Shown here: in pieces, positions 29,792 to 37,033 of the stretch
How the letters are laid out: each line of letters opens with the position of its first letter
Position numbering within the stretch: position 1 is the first letter of the stretch
Source of the DNA: Candidatus Hydrogenedentota bacterium
GTDB taxonomy: Bacteria; Hydrogenedentota; Hydrogenedentia; Hydrogenedentales; JAEUWI01
DNA: 64,000 nt
Assembly: GCA_034669905.1 (NCBI GenBank)
Contig: JAXMOL010000005.1
Span: forward strand, 96,001-160,000
Direction of reading: 5' to 3'
Program-made: the position numbers and the translations under genes
Notes under the pieces: generated by a model
Database searches by the model: none
Told to the model about the DNA's origin: nothing
Seen by the model: the letters and a program-made list of their open reading frames with translations, nothing else

Positions 29792-30411
29792 TGCGACGCC
29801 TCCCAAACGTCCATCAATTGACGAACCGCCTTGTTCATCCGAGACTTCACCGTCCCGGTCGGAATACGCAGTGCGGTGGCAATTTCCGCATAGGACAGAC
29901 CCTCCTGGTGGGCCATGAGAAAAACCGCCCGATGCTTCACACTCAGAGTCGCCAGGGCCGCCTCCATGCGCGCCGCCAATTCCCCGGCAATGGCCGCTTC
30001 ATCGGGCTGGATGGCCGTCGCCGCTTCTTTGCTCAGGGGGTCGTATCCCAGTTCCTCGCCCCGACGCGCCAATGAAGATACCGGGATTTCCGGCCGCCTT
30101 TTTCGGTATCGGAGCCGATCCTTGCAGAGGTTGGTGGCGATACGATAGAGCCACGGGCGGAAGGGTGCCCCGGGCCGAAAGCGGGCACGGTGCTGGTAGA
30201 CGCGGAGAAAACTCTCCTGGAAGATTTCTTCGGCATCGGACGCATTGCCGAGCATTTTGCGCGCGTAATTGAACAAGGAAGCCTCATAGCGGTGAATCAG
30301 GACTGCGAGGGCGCGTTGGTCACCCGCGTTGACCTGGGCCATCAACTGCTCATCGGACCGGGCATCCGCAGCCCCGTCTGCTACTTCCCTATACGTTCTA
30401 TCACCTGTCAC
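29788..30411 (-). CDS. ECF RNA polymerase sigma factor
   Basis: DAEEIFQESF, FRPWLYRIATN, LSYAEIA..PTGTVKSR; the true start may lie downstream of 30411. Confidence 0.92.
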   Translation of the reverse strand: MTGDRTYREVADGAADARSDEQLMAQVNAGDQRALAVLIHRYEASLFNYARKMLGNASDAEEIFQESFLRVYQHRARFRPGAPFRPWLYRIATNLCKDRLRYRKRRPEIPVSSLARRGEELGYDPLSKEAATAIQPDEAAIAGELAARMEAALATLSVKHRAVFLMAHQEGLSYAEIATALRIPTGTVKSRMNKAVRQLMDVWEASQ

Positions 30412-30417
30412 GGTTCA
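30390..30417 (-). promoter_or_regulatory. Autoregulatory ECF-type promoter
   Basis: TGAACC-N16-CGTATA. Confidence 0.6.
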
Positions 30418-30600
30418 ACCTCACACCCGCCATGGTATCCGACAAGGCCGGTGCGATAGCAAGCCAACACGCGCAGAATTCGCGTATTGATTGGAATCTT
30501 TCCGGGCCGGAATGCTAAGCTACGCGCGCTCCTTTAACAAGGGCAGATGTTGTAAACCTCAAAGAACTTGTGTACCCCATGTGCCACCGTTGAACTTCCC

Positions 30601-31449
30601 ATGACGTCGACCGACTCCGAAGCCCCAGATCGTGCACCGCACAAGGTTCGCTCCGATACCCCCTTTTTCGTCGGATTGTTTCTTCTGAGTGGGGTCTACC
30701 TCTTTCTCATTGTGGCCATGATTCTGGCCAACTCGGCCTACACTTCGGTGGATATCTTCGCCCGCACCCTCGCCTCGCCAGAAATCCGCTATGCTATCAA
30801 GCTCAGCCTCATCACCTGCAGCGTAACCACCATTCTTTCGCTCTGGGTCGCCACCGCCCTGGGGTACTGCATGTCGCGCTTTGAATTCCGGGGGAAATCC
30901 CTGCTTGACTCCGTACTCGACATCCCCATCGTACTGCCTCCCCTGGTTATCGGGCTGAGTCTCCTCATCCTTTTTCGTTCAGGGCCGGGCATCTGGTTCG
31001 AGAATCTCTTTGTGGCCCTCACAGGCTACCGAATCACGTACGCCATCCCCGGGGTGATTCTGGCCCAGTTCATGGTCGCCTGCGCCTTTGCCGTGCGGAC
31101 CATGCGGGCTACCTTTGACGAGATTCCCGCCCGGTGTGAACACGTAGCCCTGACGCTCGGCTGCTCTCGGAGCCAGGCTTTCTGGTCCGTCTCCCTGCCC
31201 GAAGCACGTCGGGGACTCCTCGTCGCCGCCACCCTCGCCTGGGCACGCTCCCTCGGAGAATTTGGCCCCATCCTGATTTTTGCCGGGGCCACCCGGATGA
31301 AGACCGAAGTGATGCCCACCTCCGTTTTCCTGCAAATGAGTATCGGGGACATAGAATCCGCCGTGGCCGTCTCGATGTTGATGATTCTGGCCGCCATGGC
31401 CGTGTTGGTCGTCGTGCGACTTTGGGGAACAGAATCCTATGTCCGATAG
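30601..31449 (+). CDS. modB: Molybdate ABC transporter permease
   Basis: DIPIVLPPLVIG, LAWARSLGEFG. Confidence 0.82.
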   Translation: MTSTDSEAPDRAPHKVRSDTPFFVGLFLLSGVYLFLIVAMILANSAYTSVDIFARTLASPEIRYAIKLSLITCSVTTILSLWVATALGYCMSRFEFRGKSLLDSVLDIPIVLPPLVIGLSLLILFRSGPGIWFENLFVALTGYRITYAIPGVILAQFMVACAFAVRTMRATFDEIPARCEHVALTLGCSRSQAFWSVSLPEARRGLLVAATLAWARSLGEFGPILIFAGATRMKTEVMPTSVFLQMSIGDIESAVAVSMLMILAAMAVLVVVRLWGTESYVR

Positions 31450-31467
31450 CACCGAAGGTATGTGCCC

Positions 31468-32151
31468 ATGATAGCGCTCCAGGATGTATCGGTGCAGGCC
31501 GGCGCCTTCCGGCTCAACAGGATTTCCCTCCACATCCCGACCGGTGAATATGGCATCCTTATGGGGAAGACCGGCTGTGGGAAAACGACGCTGCTCGAGG
31601 CCATCTGTGGCCTGAAACGGGTGGTATCGGGCACCATCACGCTCGGTGACCGGGATGTCACCCGCCTGAAACCCGCCGAGCGGGGGATTGGGTTCGTGCC
31701 CCAGGACAAGGCCCTCTTCTCCACCATGACCGTCTATGAGCACCTGGCCTTCGCCCTGCGCATCCGCAACTGGGACGACCACGCCCTCGACACACGGGTC
31801 TGCGAGCTGGCGGAACTACTGGGTATCAGTGCCCTGCTGACCCGACGGCCCTACGGCCTCAGTGGCGGCGAGTCCCAACGTGTCGCCCTCGGGCGTGCAT
31901 TGTCGGCCCACCCCCACGTGCTCTGTCTCGATGAGCCGCTGAGTGCATTGGATGAAGACACTCGGCAGGAAATCTGTGATCTGTTGGCCACAATCCAAAC
32001 CCAATTAGGCGTTACCGTCCTCCATATCACCCACGATCCCCATGAGGCCACGCGGCTGGCCCAACATATTTTTCGACTGGAAGAGGGTGTCATCCGATCT
32101 TCCACCTTGGATTCAAGGGACACGACCGCCCCGCAACAGTTGCGGAATTAG
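31468..32151 (+). CDS. modC: Molybdate/tungstate ABC ATP-binding protein
   Basis: GKTGCGKTT, LSGGESQR, LDEPLSALD, HITH; no TOBE domain. Confidence 0.78.
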   Translation: MIALQDVSVQAGAFRLNRISLHIPTGEYGILMGKTGCGKTTLLEAICGLKRVVSGTITLGDRDVTRLKPAERGIGFVPQDKALFSTMTVYEHLAFALRIRNWDDHALDTRVCELAELLGISALLTRRPYGLSGGESQRVALGRALSAHPHVLCLDEPLSALDEDTRQEICDLLATIQTQLGVTVLHITHDPHEATRLAQHIFRLEEGVIRSSTLDSRDTTAPQQLRN

Positions 32152-32187
32152 AATACATTAGTATATTTTTTAGTTCAGGAGTAGTAA

Positions 32188-33636
32188 ATGAGCGAAAATA
32201 CGGATAGCACTGCAACCAAACGCAGTACCAGCACCCCTGGCTTTGACCTGCGTCTGAGCGATGACTACATGACGCTGCTGCTATCCTGCACCTTACCGCC
32301 ACGGAATCCCGAGTTGGTCGTGGGCCGCGTTCGAGCCGAAATGGTCGATCTGGGTTTTGAAGATGAGAAATCCATTCAAGAAGCGGTGACCCGCCTGGAG
32401 AAGGCCATACCGCACGGCCCCCAGCTTGAGGATATCGTGCTCCTTGAAGGCATGCCACCGACACCCCCCGTGGACGAATCCATCACCTGGGGGGGCAATT
32501 TTCACGCCAAAGGCTTCACTGTCGATCCCTTGACTGGACGGGCCGACTACCGCCGAAAGATCGCGGATGTCTCCGTAAGGCGAGACCAATTACTCGCGGA
32601 GATTGTCCCCGGGAGTGAAGGCCAGAACGGCCATGATGTCTTCGGACGCGTGGTTCCCCCCCGCGCGCCCCGCGCTGCCCGGATTCGTGAGGGTAAGAAC
32701 GTGCGCTTTGCGATGGGTAGCAGCCAGTTCTTCGCCACGGAGAGTGGACGCATTCGCTATGTGGGCGGGACCCTGTCTGTCGATGATGTTTTTCACATCA
32801 AAGGAGACGCCGGACTGCGCACCGGGAATATCGATCACCCAGGAGCCCTCGTCGTAGGTCGGGACATTCAGAACGATACGGAAGTCCGTGCTACCGGCGA
32901 TATTGATGTGGGCGAGAACATCGAGGATGCCATTGTCGAGTCTGGCGGTAATATAACCGTAGTCGGCGGGATCTCCTGCAAAGAGAAATGCACCATCCGC
33001 GTAGCGGGCAACCTTCACGCCCGCTTTGTGCGCAATGCCCATATCGATGCCGGCGGGGATATTTACATTGACAGCGAAATCAATCAATGCGTTATCCGAA
33101 CCCGGGGCTCGGTCATTGTTGCGAACGGCCGCATTGTGGGCGGCAGCATCATTGCCCTGCGCGGCGTCGAGACCGGCAGCCTGGGAAGTGAAGCGTGTAT
33201 CCCGGGAGAAGTTACGGTGGCCAAGGACTACACCATGGAAGGCACGTTGGTAAAAAAACGTGCCGAACTCGAGTCCGCCCGGGAAGTCGTGATGAAGCTG
33301 CGCCAAGCGGTGGCCCCCCTTCGGGCCAAGCGCGACTCCCTTCCGCCCCGACTGCAGGAGCAGTTGGTCCAATTGACGGCAGAGCTTAAGAAGCGGGAAG
33401 CCGCCTTCAAGAAAGTTGAATCGGAACTGAATACGATTTTTCAGGCAACCCGACAGGCCGCCGTTCCCCATGTATATGTGCACGACACCGTCTTTCCCGA
33501 CAATGTGGTTCAGATTGGGGCCCAGGTAAAAAAGATCAAGGACCAGGTGCAGGGCCCCTTGCGCATGTCCTTGAAGAAGGGAAAATTCGGGGTCTTCAAA
33601 TTGAAAGACCATGAAAGCCTGTCCGACAAACTTTAG
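32188..33636 (+). CDS. DUF342/FapA family protein
   Basis: GQNGHDVFG, TGNIDHPG, beta-helix repeats, GRIVGG, coiled coil. Confidence 0.85.
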   Translation: MSENTDSTATKRSTSTPGFDLRLSDDYMTLLLSCTLPPRNPELVVGRVRAEMVDLGFEDEKSIQEAVTRLEKAIPHGPQLEDIVLLEGMPPTPPVDESITWGGNFHAKGFTVDPLTGRADYRRKIADVSVRRDQLLAEIVPGSEGQNGHDVFGRVVPPRAPRAARIREGKNVRFAMGSSQFFATESGRIRYVGGTLSVDDVFHIKGDAGLRTGNIDHPGALVVGRDIQNDTEVRATGDIDVGENIEDAIVESGGNITVVGGISCKEKCTIRVAGNLHARFVRNAHIDAGGDIYIDSEINQCVIRTRGSVIVANGRIVGGSIIALRGVETGSLGSEACIPGEVTVAKDYTMEGTLVKKRAELESAREVVMKLRQAVAPLRAKRDSLPPRLQEQLVQLTAELKKREAAFKKVESELNTIFQATRQAAVPHVYVHDTVFPDNVVQIGAQVKKIKDQVQGPLRMSLKKGKFGVFKLKDHESLSDKL

Positions 33637-33672
33637 CGGGGCGTTCCCACAACAAACCCACGAGAAAGCACT

Positions 33673-35097
33673 ATGAAGAAAATAAGCCTTCATAACCAAA
33701 TCTTTATTGCCATGTTGGGCGGACTCATCGTCGGGCTGGGTATGAACGTATTTGTCGCCCCGGACAACGTCGTCGCCGAACACGCGATCTGGTGGATGGA
33801 TCTCATCGGGCGGGACATCTTCATCGGGGGGCTTAAAATGATCATCGCACCCCTCGTGCTGGCCTCGATCGTTACCGGCATTACCACCCTCCCCCGTGCC
33901 GAGGCCCTGGGGCAAATCGGCGGCAAGATGGCCCTCTACTATGTGGGGACGACGTCGGTTGCCGTTATCATCGGGGTCTCTCTCATTCTATTGATTCAGC
34001 CGGGCAAGCGGGATGCATCCCAGGAAGTCCGTGCCCAACGGGAAGCGGAACTGGAGCAGCGGCGGGAGGCCTTTGAAACGTCCACCGGCCTGGACCCCAC
34101 GGCCAATGAAAACCGGAGTCAGTATCTGAAGTACCTGGCCCAGGAAGACGGCGCCACCGCCTCCAGCAGCTCCGCCACCCATTTTCAGCGGATGCAGGAA
34201 ACGGAAGGGGTTGGGCTGGGCACGCTGATTAAGAAGCAACTTCTCACCCCCATGCTGACCAACCCCTTTTCCTCCCTGGCCAACGCAAACACCCTCGGTA
34301 TAATTTTCTTCGCCGTGCTGATTGGACTGGCCTGCCTGGTCCTCGGCGAAACGGCAGCCCCCGTGGTCCAGCTCTTTTCCGCCATGAATGAGATCATTAT
34401 GAAGATCACGCTGTGGATCATGATGCTCTCCCCCGTGGCCATCGCCTGCCTGATGGGTTCCACCATGGCCACCCTGGGTTTCGACGCCCTCGCCAGCCTG
34501 GGTTGGTATTCCATGACCATCGTATTGGCCTTGATTATTCACTCCGTGTTTATCGTTTCCATCGTATCCTTCCTGGCCCGCATCAAGCCCATGTTCTTCC
34601 TGCGTGGCATCCGGGATGCCTGGATGGTCGCCTTTTCCACGGCGTCTTCTGCGGCAACCCTGCCTGTGACCCTCCACTGCGTCACCGAGAAACTCGAAGT
34701 CTCCGATGAGGTGGCCGATTTCAGCCTGCCCGTGGGCGCCACGGTCAATATGGACGGCTCGGCGCTCCACGAAGCCGTGGCCATTATGTTTCTTATTCAG
34801 GTCTACGGCGGTCTGGATGATGTATCCGTTGTGCTCAGCTTCTCCAATACGGTCATCATTGCCGTCACGGCCGTAATCGCGTCGGCGGGCGTGGCGGCCA
34901 TCCCCAGTGCGGGTCTGGTGGCCATGGCCATCATTGCCAATGCCGTGGGCCTTCCGCTCCACTACATCTTCATGGTGCTGGCCGTGGACCGCATCCTCGA
35001 TATGTGCCGTACGGCCACCAATGTCATGGGCGATGCGGCTGGTGCCGTGGTCGTCAATTTCTGGGAAAAGCAGCGCCAGGCGCGCCTTACGGACTAA
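33673..35097 (+). CDS. Dicarboxylate/amino acid:cation symporter
   Basis: FSTASSAATLP, GATVNMDG, AVDRILDMCRTATNVMGD. Confidence 0.92.
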   Translation: MKKISLHNQIFIAMLGGLIVGLGMNVFVAPDNVVAEHAIWWMDLIGRDIFIGGLKMIIAPLVLASIVTGITTLPRAEALGQIGGKMALYYVGTTSVAVIIGVSLILLIQPGKRDASQEVRAQREAELEQRREAFETSTGLDPTANENRSQYLKYLAQEDGATASSSSATHFQRMQETEGVGLGTLIKKQLLTPMLTNPFSSLANANTLGIIFFAVLIGLACLVLGETAAPVVQLFSAMNEIIMKITLWIMMLSPVAIACLMGSTMATLGFDALASLGWYSMTIVLALIIHSVFIVSIVSFLARIKPMFFLRGIRDAWMVAFSTASSAATLPVTLHCVTEKLEVSDEVADFSLPVGATVNMDGSALHEAVAIMFLIQVYGGLDDVSVVLSFSNTVIIAVTAVIASAGVAAIPSAGLVAMAIIANAVGLPLHYIFMVLAVDRILDMCRTATNVMGDAAGAVVVNFWEKQRQARLTD

Positions 35098-35137
35098 CCA
35101 CTTCCGCCTACCGGCCGGAGGAGGAAAGGGGTAGTAT

Positions 35138-35869
35138 ATGCCCAAGACGTTTTTTGCCGCAGCGCAGCAATTGTTGCAAGACATTGCCGACACCCAGACG
35201 GAAGCCATTCAGGAAGCCACCGAGTTGGTCACCAGGAGCCTGATGGAGGGCGGGGTGTGGCATCTCTTCGGCACGGGCCACTCCCACATTATCGCGGAGG
35301 AGGTCTACTACCGTGCCGGTGGACTTGCCCCCATCAATGCCATGCTTTTCCCCATGCTCATGCAGCACGAAGGGCCTGCCAGCAGCACCAAGCTGGAGCG
35401 CCTCCCCGGAATGGCCCGGGTCGTCTTCGAGCAAAACGACTTGCGGCCCGGTGAAGTCCTGACGATTGTCTCCAACAGCGGAAAGAACGCGGTGCCCATT
35501 GAAATGGCCCTGCTGGCGCGGGGTCGCGGCATGAAAACCATCGCCCTCACCTCCCTCGCCCAGTCAAAGGCGGCCCCACTGGGGACGGGCCAGGACAAGA
35601 AGCTCTATGAAATCTGTGATATCGTTATCGATAATTGCGGCACGCCCGGGGACGCTTCCCTGCCTGTTCCCGGCAGCGAACTCTTCACCGGCCCCACGTC
35701 CACCCTCGCCAATGTGGCCATCATCCAACAAATGGTCTACAACATCTGCTGCCGCTACCAGGAAGCCGGTCAGGAACCGCCCCTCTTCAAGACGGCCAAC
35801 CTTCCCGGGGGCGATGAATGGAACCGGGGGCTCATTGAACGCTACGGGGACCGGGTCAACCTGAAATGA
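35138..35869 (+). CDS. SIS-domain (sugar isomerase-like) protein
   Basis: FGTGHSH, RAGGL, SNSGKN, DIVIDN. Confidence 0.85.
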   Translation: MPKTFFAAAQQLLQDIADTQTEAIQEATELVTRSLMEGGVWHLFGTGHSHIIAEEVYYRAGGLAPINAMLFPMLMQHEGPASSTKLERLPGMARVVFEQNDLRPGEVLTIVSNSGKNAVPIEMALLARGRGMKTIALTSLAQSKAAPLGTGQDKKLYEICDIVIDNCGTPGDASLPVPGSELFTGPTSTLANVAIIQQMVYNICCRYQEAGQEPPLFKTANLPGGDEWNRGLIERYGDRVNLK

Positions 35870-36810
35870 CGGATGTGCAGGCCGAACGGAGCCGCGCCGT
35901 GAAGGCCCAGGCAGTGGCCCTGGGTTTCGACGCCTGTGGAATCGCCGAGGCGGGCCCCATCGATCCCGAAGACCGGCTCGGACAATGGCTCGAAGCGGGC
36001 CATCACGCGGACATGGACTGGATGGCCCGCACCAAAGCCATCCGCCAGGACCCCCGGGAGAAAATGCCCGCTGCGAAGTCCGTCGTCGTGGTCGCACGCA
36101 ATTACTACCACCCCCGCCCGCCCGCACCCGAAGGCGCCGGCAAAGTGGCCCGCTATGCCTGGGGCCGCGACTACCACAAAGTACTCAAGAAACCCCTCTT
36201 GAAGCTGGCCCGTTTTCTCGACGAATTCGGGGTCGATACGCAGAGCTACGCGGCCGTAGACAGCGGCCCCGTCATGGAGCGGGCATGGGCCGAAAAGGCA
36301 GGCATCGGTTGGGTCGGGAAGAACAGCCTGGTCCTCCGACGCGACATGGGCTCGTGGTTTTTCCTCGGGGCCGTGATTACTGAAGTGGGCCTCACGCCCG
36401 ACGCCCCCGTCACGGACCACTGCGGAAGTTGCCGCGCCTGCATCGACGCGTGCCCCACCGATGCCTTTGTGGCCGAAGGGGTGCTCGACGCCCGCAAGTG
36501 CATCTCCTACCAGACCATCGAGAATCGGGGCGACATCCCCGAGCCCCTTCACGACAAGCTGGAAGGCTGGATATTCGGCTGCGACATCTGCCAGGAGGTA
36601 TGCCCCTGGAATCGCTTCGCGAAGGACAGCACGGAGCACGACTTCCTCCCGCGCCCCGGCCACGCCAACCCGGATTTGGAAGCCCTGCAAGCCATGGACG
36701 AGGCCACCTTCAACGAAGAATTCGCGGGCACGCCCATCCGCCGCACAAAACACGCGGGCATCATGCGGAATGCCCGCATCGTCCATGCGCCCCCTATCGA
36801 CGAATCATAG
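35866..36810 (+). CDS. queG: tRNA epoxyqueuosine(34) reductase
   Basis: YAWGRDYH, CGSCRACIDACPT, FGCDICQEVCPWN. Confidence 0.93.
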   Translation: MTDVQAERSRAVKAQAVALGFDACGIAEAGPIDPEDRLGQWLEAGHHADMDWMARTKAIRQDPREKMPAAKSVVVVARNYYHPRPPAPEGAGKVARYAWGRDYHKVLKKPLLKLARFLDEFGVDTQSYAAVDSGPVMERAWAEKAGIGWVGKNSLVLRRDMGSWFFLGAVITEVGLTPDAPVTDHCGSCRACIDACPTDAFVAEGVLDARKCISYQTIENRGDIPEPLHDKLEGWIFGCDICQEVCPWNRFAKDSTEHDFLPRPGHANPDLEALQAMDEATFNEEFAGTPIRRTKHAGIMRNARIVHAPPIDES

Positions 36811-36856
36811 GTCCCGCAAGTCCCAATCACCCCCACTACAAACTCCCCCAATAAGG

Positions 36857-36960
36857 ATAACAGCAAGCTGTCGCACGCCAGGGCGTGGCCACACGAAAAG
36901 CAGCAACACCTTGGAGTGCGTAAGCTTGCTTACGCTTTCCCTCAGCGAGCTTGCTCGCGT
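36857..36960. repeat. REP-like cluster (TGGAGTGCG...GCTTGC type)
   Basis: TTGGAGTGCGTAAGCTTGCTTACGCTTT (36911-36938), GCGAGCTTGCTCGC, and an inverted ACAGCAAGCTGTCGCACGCCA. Confidence 0.65.
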
Positions 36961-37033
36961 CGTCTCCGATGAAAGCCTGAATGCGAAATTACTTTTTCAG
37001 CTTCACATTCACCACCCATCCCGAGGGTGCATA

